Source of the DNA: Raillietiella orientalis
Lineage: Eukaryota
Assembly: GCA_036172245.1 (NCBI GenBank)
Contig: JAYWIR010000061.1
Span: 124,001 to 188,000, forward strand
Direction: 5' to 3'
DNA length: 64,000 nucleotides
A program made the position numbers and the translations under genes. This document shows positions 38,660 to 49,399 of this stretch, in pieces. Within the stretch, counting starts at the first letter, position 1, and every line of letters begins with the position of its first letter. The notes beneath the pieces were generated by a model. That model searched no databases and had not been told where the DNA came from. It saw nothing but the letters and a program-made list of their open reading frames with translations.

Positions 38660-41220
38660 ATGCGTGCAAAAACGATGGAAAGGGACGTTCCCCGGAAGCT
38701 TTAAGGATAACTATTTAGTGAGCGGAGTGAAGCGAAGTCATTCGAAATCCATGATTTCCCATCGCATGCGAAAAAACTACGGTTGGAAAAAGGAATGCAA
38801 GCGTGGAAAGCCATCAACTAAAAGAAGCAGCCGCGAAAACCCCCAGGGGTGACAGAGAACGAGGGAAATGGGACATTCCAGGGTCAGTTTCTGTGCAAGA
38901 GAAACTGCTGTTTTCCCTCACCTCCCTTGTGCTTCGAAGAAACAAGGAAGCAAGTCCCGAGGAAATTTCCTCCGGTGTTTGTTTCGGAGAAAATTCCGAA
39001 GAGCGAGAAAACCTTTGGCTTTCCTCTACCGCAAAACTCCACTAGACGGAGAGCAGGAAAACACACACACACACACACATTCGAAACGCCTGTTCCCGGT
39101 ATACGCGTTACCTAAGGGCGAACTCCGACTCGGAAGAGAATCTGGCAAACGAGAGATGCGGAAGTCCCTTCCGTACCATCAACAACAGCCCGACTGAAGG
39201 TTAGCAAACCACTCGGACGCCAGACCCATTTTTAGAGGAATCGCCACCTACGCTTACGTTTCTTTTGGGAGGGTTTTGGAAACCTCGCGAGCAGAAGATT
39301 TAGAGTTTGGTGCTTCCAAAGAAGGGCCTCTGATCAGATTGCAGGATGGGAATCCCAGGAAACTTTCACGTCAGTTCGCTCGTTTGCCGCTTTCGGAGGT
39401 CAGGATTGGGAACAAGGAAGGAAGGACCTGAGCACCAAGAGATACGGAAGCAGCCAGACTGGAGATTGCTCGATCCTTTGCGTTCACTTCTTTTGAACGT
39501 TCCGGGGAAAAAGCCATCCGTGGTAATCACCTGGGCTCGAATCGCTAAGCTTTGCTTTCGGGACGCCTCTTGCGAGAGCGCCAGCTGCACACGCGCTCGC
39601 CTTCCGACAAAGGTCGCGGGAGCAGATATTCCCGAAACCAGAAGAGAAGGTAGGCGTTTTATAAGAGAAATCTGAATGATGCTCACATTTCTGCTTCATA
39701 GATTTTCATTCTGCGGAGGACGGCTCCCCATTGTCAAGGAAACAACGACGGGCTCGTTCGCCATTGAAACCGCCGTTTGGTGTTTCCTTTCCTTTTGCAT
39801 TTCTGGCATTCTCTCGCCCTAATTCTTGCTGAGAGCGTCGGTTTCTTGCAGCCAACTTTGCAATCGTGGGCAGGAGCTCGAGTTTCCCAAGCTCTGCGAT
39901 TATTGTCTCCTCGCACTGTCTGCAGCAGCCGAGAAAGCCGAAATCCTCCTGCCATCTTCGCAGATGGGAAGAGAATGCCGAGAGACGATCCCGAAGATGA
40001 GGAGAGTTAAGCGATTCTGAAATTTCCATCCGCTCACCATGCTCCGAGTGAGCTTCCTCCTGCGCCGTCCCGACGCTCGCCACTCTCCTGGTGTCCGACC
40101 ATCGGTGATTCCAGCCGAAGTGGACCAAAATTCTGGAACCCTCCCCAGCGCGAGTGTCCCCGTTCCCCCTTCGGAACGAGACTGCTCTCGGGAAATGGAA
40201 GCGATGTTGCGTTAATCCAAGCACCTGTTTCCTGGTCACCTGAGAAACACAAATACAGAACCACGAAAGAAGACTAAGAACAGAACGGAACTGTCGTCCT
40301 TCAGTGTCCCGCAGCACGAAAGAACAAGCAATTGCAAAACCAGAGGGTTCCCTTCGCGGATCCAGAAGCTCCAAGGAATTCAGAAGTGAATACTTTCCGG
40401 GTTCTCTCCGGAGAAGAAATGAATAACGCTTCCTCCTCCGAGGGTCCCTCCGGAGAGAATAAGAAAGGGTTTCCTTTCATGTACCCTACCAAGAGTAAGA
40501 GGAACGAATTCCTTCCTCCGGAGCCTCCCTGGATCCATTGGGTGGTCCCTCTGGGGTTGTCCCCTGTGCTGAAGAGTTGTACTTACCCTCAAGCGGCGTG
40601 TGCAGTGTTAAAGAAGAGCTTTGTGAACCCTCCCTGAGAAGGCGAACGGTTGTTCAGCACTTTGCGAACCGAAAGAAAAAGATGGAAGGGAAAATAGCGA
40701 AAAGTGTGGACTTCGCAGTTGTCTACAAGTTACAAATGGTCGCGGGCACAGCAGGACGAGTTCTTCGGATGTCTTTCAAGAGTGGTTGCCTGGAGTTGCA
40801 TGTTTTCTGCGTTAGAGATGGTCGGTCTACAATCTTGACTTCCGCCACGTTTCAGACTCCCTGCCTCCTCCCCTCCTGACCAACAGTGACGCAGATCCCG
40901 AGCGCAGCTCTTCTCAGCCGTTGTGCCCATTGTCCCTCAAAACTCTACTCAAGGTTTGTAAAGACCGAAGCAAGCAGGAGCGCCAACCGATAAAGAATCC
41001 TTCCTCTATCTGTGGACTCAAGGGACTCGCTTCTGCTCATCAAGCATGTGTGCACAGAAGACAGACACAAAACGGAAACAGTGCATACAGAATTCCAAGT
41101 CTTTTTTTTTTCTTCTTTTTTAGAGGAGGAGAAGTTTCTGCTAGAAAGATTTGAAGTTGGGCATCTACGTATAGTCATCAAACGATTTTCCCTTTCGTTG
41201 TCATGAAAACAAGAAACGGT
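38660..41220 (+). pseudogene. SNX9-like copy split by a LINE (parts at about 38660-39050 and 40330-41220)
   Basis: 'KGTFPGSF' (SH3 end); linker homologous to 30440-30780; 'RKKKMEGKIAKSVDFAVVYKLQ' (cf. SNX9-family 'K..KFKGIKSYI.YKL'); 40930-41215 weakly aligns to the reverse complement of 28030-28260. Confidence 0.5.
39100..40330 (-). mobile_element. L1/Tx1-like ORF2 relic (APE end, linker, RT start)
   Basis: 'WSDTRRV', 'RARRCFLDNGEPSS' (cf. RSRxxWLxxGE), 'TTDGFFPGTFK' (cf. PGxDGxxxEF) and 'FLVP', in the correct order. Confidence 0.6.
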
Positions 41221-41289
41221 CATCTAATGCAAAGAAACAGCGAGGCGTGAATAGCTATGGGAAAAGGAGTAGGTTTCCTTGAATACGTG

Positions 41290-41794
41290 GACGAGTGGGA
41301 GTATTTTGCAGACGCCTACGAAAGGAAGATAGAATGGTAGTGTTGGATGTTGCACACCAGTTTGGAATGGTGAAAATGCACTCAATGCTGCCAGAAGACA
41401 GAAAGAAGAACGGTAGCAAGGCATAACAGGATCTCTCTTCCGGAAAAGCATCAAATCTGATGTCCAAAAATTCATAACTGGAGCACTCGGCTCGTGGGAC
41501 CTTAGGAATGGTGGAGTTAGCCAGGCACCCCACGGAGATACGCGGGGAAAACGAAAAAACGAATGGTATCCTCCTCCATTCGATGCAGTCGGGATGTGCA
41601 CTGGACGCACCGGCTGGGCCACCCTTCCGACGAGGCTTGCAATCCAAGGGACTATTTGGAAGTTCAAGTACAGTAGAGGGCAGCAGTCTCTTACGAGTAG
41701 TCAGTGGATGATTTCACAGAAGAAAGAATAGGAAGATTCAGTGGAGCCACACGGGTCAATATGTAAAATGAGTTGTAACATTTATGAAATAAAA
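41290..41794 (+). mobile_element. 3' end of Utopia-like (NeSL/R2 group, restriction-like endonuclease) non-LTR retrotransposon, decayed
   Basis: 'VVLDVA..NGENALNAARRQKEER*', 'FITGALGSWDLRN' and 'RCSRDVHWTH' are typical of Utopia/NeSL RLE C-termini. AATAAA at 41788-41793 abuts a U2 fragment. Confidence 0.8.
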
Positions 41795-41972
41795 TCTGCT
41801 CTTATCAGCTTAATATCTGATACGCCACCTTGAGTGGCGTATTATTTTAAATACTTTAATGTCTGATGGCCAGTATATTAAACTGCTTTCTGAAAGTAGA
41901 TGGGACTCTTGGAGCTCGCTCCTCTCCTGTCGCAGGCTGACCCGGTATTGCAGCACTTAGGGATCGGCCTAC
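41795..41972 (+). ncRNA. U2 snRNA 3' fragment (5'-truncated pseudogene)
   Basis: tctgctcttatcagcttaatatctgatacg (stem IIa), tatattaaactg, ggagctcgctcc, and cccggtattgcagcacttagggatcggcc (stem IV loop). It lacks the first ~38 nt including the branch-pairing GUAGUA, and the Sm site is altered. Confidence 0.92.
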
Positions 41973-42249
41973 TGCTCCCCATTACGGGAGGACCGAAAAG
42001 CAAATGCAAAGAGAGATCCAGGTTCCTCACTCCCTCGGGAGGAGAGTTGTACTTAAAAGATGTACAGGAATCCGCATCTCCGTCTAGTCTTCCAGAAGTG
42101 GTAGCTGAATGAAGACTTCGATGACCCCTACTTTTAACCAATCACTACTTCCTAAGCGATATCATAATATCGAAAGACAACTAGGGGTGAACGGGTGTCC
42201 TCCCTGGAGGCCAAGCCAGGAAGAAAGATAACGAGGTAAACGAATTCCA

Positions 42250-43000
42250 TTGTGTTCCAATGGAACATGGGAAGAGACGGTCTACCGTTCTGAGGAAGAT
42301 CTCCGTGTTTTCACTACCACTCACGGATCTTCACTGCTGAAATCTGCGGATGACAGCTTTCAACCAACGATAAGCTCTCAGGCATCGCAAGCGAAAGTAC
42401 CTGAATTCTTGTCCTCAGGGGCAGTTGGACAATCCAGAAATGAAACGACTATCTATTCTTGTCTTGAAATAGGCAACGTTCACCGAAGGAGATTTGCAGC
42501 CACATCTTGCCTCGAGGCTGGGTCGATAAGACAGGATCAGTTGGATAGATCAGCTGACTTACTTGCTGAGCTCTTCTGGTAAGCCCCCAAACACACCAAT
42601 TTGGCAGCTGAACAGAATTTCCGGAAATCAAGGAGGAAAAGAAGCCTTCCCACTTTCGAAGTTGTTAGACCTGTGGTGGTGGGTGCCTCGAGCACGTAGG
42701 GAACGTTTCTGGGTTGAGCTGAGGTGCGCGAGCAGTGGTAGGCAATTCAAGACAGCGGGGAAGCAGTCACTTCCCGAGCGCATGTACCCGACCTTTGGAA
42801 ACGCGGGATCCTTCTTTTGCAGAAGAAGAGGGAAAAAAGGGCATGGGCTAGGGTCAACTCTTGGAAGTTCACACGGGCTCTGGGTGTCAGAATTGGAGCA
42901 CTAAACTCAGGTACCCTCCTCAGAGTAAGGGGTGACGAATTTGGCGTTTCCAGAGAAGGGGGAGATGATGGAAGCTGCGGGTGATACCAAGCATCCATCG
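42250..43000 (+). mobile_element. LINE RT relic
   Basis: 'HLASRLG...IDQLTYL..GK' near 42500-42585 (cf. LAxRL...QxxxxPG). Confidence 0.35.
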
Positions 43001-45300
43001 GCAAGCGCACTCTTTCAATACATCAGGTCAAGATCGAGGTCCTAGACACCCGAAAGCGGGAAAGAAACAAAGGTGGATTTGGATGGGACATCTGCTCGTG
43101 AGAGTCTTTTCTTGTAAAGCAAAGCAGATGCCCTCTCAGACTTCCCAACGATCCCCATCTCATGCCTACTGAGCCGGAGATGACCGCTTGAACCTCGCAG
43201 CTGCTTCCAAAGCAAGGAGTAAGAGACATAAAGGAAGTCAGCAGGACACTGGAGCTTGTGAGAAGGGGCAGCGAGGAGGCGGGAACCTCCTCGATGGAAG
43301 TAAGAGCGGTAGTCGCACTGCCCGTCACCCAGCGAAGAGTCTCCCATCTCCAGAGCGTTCTTGAAGGAGGAGAGACGAGAGTGACTCTAGCTTTTCGTTT
43401 CAAGGCTGGGAGGCAGAGAGCCAGGACTCCGAAACCACCCGAAGGGCTCCGAGCTCGTCCGGAAAAGCGAGGAACGAGGAAACCCGCTGCGAACATGAGA
43501 AGTCTAGTGGAGGTACTCTACGTGAGATGGCGCTGCCGAACTCTCAGCCACGCGAGCTGTAGCCCGGTAGCTCGAGATTCCACGCAGTCCGGCCAGTGCC
43601 AAAGCAGCAGTCGTTTCCCGAGGGCATCTCAAAGGTCAGAAATGGAAACATTCCTGGGAAGACAACTTCGGGAAGATGACCTTCGTAAGCTCCTGCTTCG
43701 ATCATGGAGGGTCGAAGAAGTTGGAAGCCTCGACTGAAAAGCAGGATTTCGGTCCATACAGGGCACCGCAAACAGACAAGGACAAGCCTGGAGAGATTCG
43801 CTTCCCATATAATTCCCTCTTTTCCTTCCTGGGAGGATCAGGTGGTTCCCTGGACGAGAAATCAGCGACGCTATCGTGACCACCTGCGCTGCCGATCCAA
43901 TCAAGATCAAGGGGAACACCCATCGCTTTTCGCAGCCTCAAGAGCAAGGATCCTCTTTCCGTTCCTTTCGGAGAAGAAAGGGTGGCAGTGGTACCGAGTG
44001 GGGGCGGAAGAATGGAAGAAAGGAAAGAAGTCGCGGATCCAAGCTCACGCCGCCCCACATCTTGCACAACAGGCTTCAAGGAGGAGACCCGAGGCTCCGT
44101 CGTTCTCCGTTCCCTTTCACTCTCCTACCCCTGGCGCTAAGTTGTGAAGCATCTGGTCCAGCGAGCGAGTGTGACAGAGACTCTCATCTCTGGAGGATGG
44201 TAGCCTTCCGGTGCTTCAGGGAAAAACTATCTGCTGACAATCTCTTTTCAGATGAATGTTCCCGTTTCCCTCTCCCTTTCTCTTATTTTGTCTCGAGGAG
44301 AGTATCCGACTTTGGAAGAAAGGGGATGGTTTCCCTTCTTACATGCAGCTCCTTCCATCTTATCCTCTTCTCCCCCTAGGAGGAAGAGAATCCATGTGGA
44401 ACGCCCGAGGGAGTAGAATCGGAACAGATTCTCCAGGGGAGGTCGCTTCCCAGATGAAGGGATGAGGCGGTAGGCCATCTTAGGGGTCTGGAGATTTGGG
44501 ATCTTCGCTGGACTTATCTCCAGGTCTCAGAGGGAGACAGAATGCGTGCTGAGAGGAGAACTCCCTTCCCCTCCTCCTCTCATCCTTCCGAACGGCAAGC
44601 GAAGTCTGGAGGAGCAGCCATCTAGGATCCTCTGAAGAGGATCCCAGACAATGTCTCTGCAACCCTCCGGAAGGAGGGGATTTTCAACAGCACGTCATGT
44701 CTTCCTTTCAAGCATCCGTCCCATCTTAACAGAAGGGTTCGCAGCATCAGACGCGGGCATCTGACGCACGTCTGAATCCCGTACCACTGGTTCCTTTGCC
44801 ATCTCTTCCACCTCCTGTGCCACATGCTTTCCTCCATCTCCTCACGGAGATGTCATCCTTCTCTAGAATCAGGTCATCGATGCCAACTGCGACCCTCGCA
44901 TCGCTACTCCAAGTTTCCGTTACAGGGAGGAGACCTTCAAACAGCACTTCCGGGTAGAAGTAGCGTGCACCCCTTCTTCTCGCAAGAGGTGCTCTGTCGA
45001 GGGGTGACTTTGGATCTGACCTCCTCGGAGGATGAGCACTGTCCTTCAAATGCACCTTTTCGGACCGCATGTCAAGGATTGAACTTTTGTCCTCTCCCGA
45101 AAGATCTCGAAAGTACCATGCAAAGAACCCAGACGAGAGCCTTCTTTGTTGTTCAGCGCTTCAAGCGTACGAGGAGCCCTCACATGCTTTACGCTGCTCC
45201 CGGAAGATTCTTGCCTGTCCCTTTCTAATGCTCTCAAAGATGACTCGAGTATCCGTAAACTCACTCGACGGGTGTCCTGGTTCCCGTTGTTTGGGAAGAA
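43000..45300 (-). mobile_element. LINE RT, post-RT and finger relics (probably two elements)
   Basis: 'AMGVPLDLDWI' near 43895-43925, 'SPSGGFGVL' near 43425-43450, and 'PFC..KEDM/HDVLLKIP' near 44675-44740. Confidence 0.33.
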
Positions 45301-46989
45301 GGGTTCTCCAGGGTGAACGGCGTACGCCCTCTTGTAGAGTTTTTCTTTGCCCTAAAGGAGCGCCCCACCAAGTTCGTGTGTGACCTATGTGAAGAATGCC
45401 ATCATGAAAACGGATCCTTCATTATCTGAAACAGTCACCAAGCAAGATTCACGGAAAGAGACACCTTCCAGGAGCCTATCCAGTGTGCCAACGAAAGGTC
45501 ATGAGAAAGAATTTTTCTCTGGACCGTCGAAGAGATGATGGCCCCTGCCGATCATTAACCTGTTCGTGACAGAGTACACGTCCAGCACCAAGTGACGAGA
45601 AAATGGGATGATGGATGCAGGTCAAGAACCAGGAAGTAAAATCTTTCCTAATTCTTCTGTTCGTAACCAAAGCAGACTAGGGTGCTCTCTGGTTTCGAAA
45701 CGTTTTCTTCAGGGTTTACTGCTTTGTCGACAATGCACCGGGAGCTTGTGAGCAACGAGGTTACGTTTTTCCTCCCCAGGATGACTTTCTGCACCTCTGC
45801 AGCTGGGCTTGGCTTTCACGTGATCTTCCAGCATCCTCCCATTCCTAGTAAAAGAAAGAGTGATGAATCAGTAAAGTCTTTCTTGAATGAACCACACTGC
45901 ATCCCTGCTCTCCGAGTGCCAGTGTCCACCTACTATCCAAAAAAAAGCTCCACCGCTCAGAAACTCCAGATCCTCTGACTTCGCTTCGAAGACGCCGTTT
46001 CTCATCTAAGAGGAACCGACCGAGGAAAATGCTGCCTCTCTCTTCGGATTCTTCTGCTCTCCTCTTGAAACTCTCTAGAGATGTTGTCAGGTGCTTGGAG
46101 CGTTTGCTTCGTCTTCCTCTCTCTAGCAGATTCACGATTATGCTCTTACTGGCCCACTGTCTCTTTTCTTCACCATTTGCTCGGTCTTCTCATCATCTCC
46201 ACCAATTCGATCTTTCTCATTTGCTCAGTTCATTTCAGCTCACTCGTCTTTTGCTTTCCCTCACCAGCTCACTCCATCTGACTGGCCCAGACTGCAATCC
46301 CGGACTTGGCTGGCATAGTTCTCTAGAAGTCAGCTCAGGGAAACAAAGATACATCACCAAGCACCTATAATTTGATGGAAAGAATCTTCCCCAGCCTTCA
46401 AGAGATACTCCGCAGACTTTCTCTCCTCTCATGTTTGGATCGTGTTACGGATTGATTCCAATTTTCCAAATCCAAAATCGAGCTTCAAATACATCACAGC
46501 TTCCAAAAGACAGAGGTCAGCTTTTGCAGCAGGGGGCGCCCTAGAGGACAGTTACTCTGAATCTATGTTTCCGCTAATGTGGTCGTTACCCGAGATCCGT
46601 CTTTTCCGAGCATTCTGTTGAAAGCGTTCAGGACACACGCTGAGCAGCAAAGAGTCTGAATCTCTAAGTGGGGTCCTGTGCTGTCCTTCACCTTTCGGTT
46701 GCCTAGGAAAGTTTATCTTATCTGGTGAATTCCCAAAAACCGAAGGGAGCCTCTACAGCAATAGCAAGCAAGCGAGCCATCGGGAAAGCAGAAGAAGTGA
46801 TCCCCTACTGAAGTTTTCCAGAATTGAGCAATACAGAACACTCCCGAAACCGCCTCTCTGAGTGCAATTCCCAGTGGAGTTTGGAAATTCCGCCTATTCC
46901 AGTTCCCTTAAAAAGGAAAGCCAGCTCTTTGTTCTCTCCACTTAAAGTAGTCCTTTCCCTTCCCTCATCCCTACGCTTCCCTGACTCTT

Positions 46990-48000
46990 GACCTCACTAT
47001 GCAGGAACCAGTATCATGAAGGATTGTGTTTTACATAAGCACGTGCTGCAATAGTTGGATGCCAAGAAGCCAGCAAACAACCTTAAAATCCTTTTGTCGA
47101 TGGAGTGCTTTGTGTTTGCCTCCTTTTCCGATGCCGCATTCAAAATCCGCGATGTTCTTTTACTCAAACAAGCATGTTGAAAGACGCAAGGGGAAAACAA
47201 CGTGGATGAAGAGTTAACGAAACTCTCAGAAGGTAAGTTCAGTGGATCATGAATGCTGGCAAAGCATGAATCTTCACAGATAAGTCCATCTCATGAGGGA
47301 GAAATGAGAGACTGAGAAATGCACGTAGGAACAAGCTTGTCCTTGTGGGTGACGCGTCGATCTGCATTCACTGAAATCGAATACATCAGCTGATCGGTGG
47401 TATGCTGGCTGGATGACCATCGGCGTGAGGATTTTTGTTTCAGAGACCATTTTTCTGCTGCATCCTTTCGCCGCTCTATTTTTAAGTTGAGTTCTTAATT
47501 TGTCTTTAACTCTTCTTTCGCTTTCCCGGGAGAGCACTCTTCAATCCTCTGAGCACCAAACAGAACAGCCCAATCACCAGGAGGACGCTGAGGTGTAAGA
47601 ATCCATTTGTGGAAACTATGGGCTTCCTCCAAATGCGCGGAAAGCACCAGAGCAACCGAGGCAATCCAGATATGATTGTGGAGGGATCGTGAATAGATTC
47701 CACCATATGAGCATCGAAAATCAGATGATTTGCATGGAACGATAAGGGAAAGGCTGGTGAGTGATCCTCATTGCAGAGTTCTGGCAGCCAACGCCATTTC
47801 CTCTCACCTTCCGTTATGGGAACCAATGTCATTTCCTATCACCTTTCATTCACAGTTGCTTATCTGCCAATCGTGGAGTGCTGCAAACAAATGTAGGAGT
47901 TGAAGTTTCCAGCATTCTTTCAGCGTGTTCTTTTCGATCCGTTCTCATAACTTGGCTGAGATCCATCATTAAGTTAGGTGGAAGGTGGACCATCCGATGC
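46990..48000 (-). pseudogene. SNX9-like PX-BAR relic
   Basis: 'VHLPP', 'QHSTIG' (cf. RHPVI), 'EGERKWR' (cf. DEKxWK) and 'IDKRILRLFAGFLA', in order. Confidence 0.4.
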
Positions 48001-48059
48001 TTTCAGTGTGCCTCCCAGGAATTCTGAGTGTTCCAAAACATTTCCTTTTTTGTGTTATT

Positions 48060-49340
48060 TTCCACCTGTCTCTCTGAATGATCTCCTATCCGCTTCTCTC
48101 TTCTCCTGATCTCAAGATCTCAGGGATTCCACTACGGATGCTCTTTCAGCTGCGGGCACCCCTTTTGGGAGAAGTGGGGAGTCATTCTCTGCATTTGCTC
48201 TCCTGCTGCCGTGCTTCCGTGCTGCCTTTGATGAACACTCGTAGAAGAAAACGACCCCTTTATGAGGATAAGTCTTTTGCTCCGCAGTACCGGATCTGCT
48301 TTAGCTTCGAATCCGTTTCGGGAATGGGCTGAGTGGAAATCACCACACCTTATTGTCTCATGGTGTTGCTCTTGATGTGGGCCATGAGAATGAATCGAAA
48401 TGAAAGGAAAAAATCACTGCCAGCGAAGAGGTCGCTGCTTTCGGCTGTCTCCGCGTTCGTGCAACCTGTGAGAGGTCGTTCTTCCATTATCAAAGGGAAA
48501 TTTGCCCCAAATAGGTTTGACTGATTTGCCGACCCAGTCGTGACTTCAAGCGCAGCTGGTGGAACGTTGAATTCCAAAATGAAGAATCCAGGATCGGAAT
48601 TTCGAAATAGTCTCCTAACTTGCCGCAGGCCGGAATAAAGTCCGCGAAATTCAGTGACTGCGAGCGTGCTCTGAAACCATTCCTTCTAGCAGTCCTCCAC
48701 ACAATGAAGTCGGCTCCAAAGTTAGCCTAGTAGGCGAATTGGAAGGTGCGTACCACTCAACTCCCCGTTCCAAAGAGATCTTCTTTTTCTATAGGATCAT
48801 GAAGCCAATCAGTCGTGGACGTGAAAATTCGGCATGAGGATTCAGACGCTCTGCAAAAGAGCTGCCGAATCTCGGGAAAAAATGGCTGCTCCAAAGCGCA
48901 CCTTTTACCAGCACTGCAGGAGGATTTCAAAGTCTCGAAAGAGTCATCTTGTGTTAGTCACGTAAGGTCTAGCGCTATCAGCATAGTGGTCAGTTGATCC
49001 ATTGCGAAGTAACCCTGAATTCACGACAAACAAGTGTTGCACAAGAACCTCGGCAATCCGTCCTGGATTACGCACGCGGGTGAATGACCCCGACTTCGGG
49101 CAGCGTTCTTCCGGACCAGTTTATGGTCAGTTTCATTCCGGATGTAAAAGTCATTGTCATTGTTTCCTTTCCGATTTCGTTTTTGCTATGTTCCTACTAT
49201 GTTTTTGTCCTTGGCGCACTGATGACCATGTCCGCAGCTTCCAAACACCACTGGAAAGAAGACAGGGGACTAAGCAAAAGCCTTCAAGAACAGTGACACG
49301 GCTTTTCTTGGGATGCTGCTGCTGGCCCCTTTGAAGATGT
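48060..49340 (+). pseudogene. SNX9-like PX-BAR relic
   Basis: ORF 48078-48332 'ISYPLL..FQLRAPL..NTRRRKRPL', later 'VSFPI' and a BAR-end-like segment near 49295-49330. Confidence 0.4.
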
Positions 49341-49399
49341 GTCGCTAATAACCTGCACCCCTTCGGTTGCCCAGTTTTTTTTGCCTTTTTTCTTTTTTC

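Noticed and set aside
40900..41200. Utopia RT domain upstream of the RLE
   Set aside because: The segment aligns better with the BAR-like relic at about 28030-28260.
45300..46450. LTR retrotransposon gag-protease relic ('FFLDSRWT', 'VILGR') on the minus strand
   Set aside because: Motifs are too weak, and no LTRs, RT or integrase were found.
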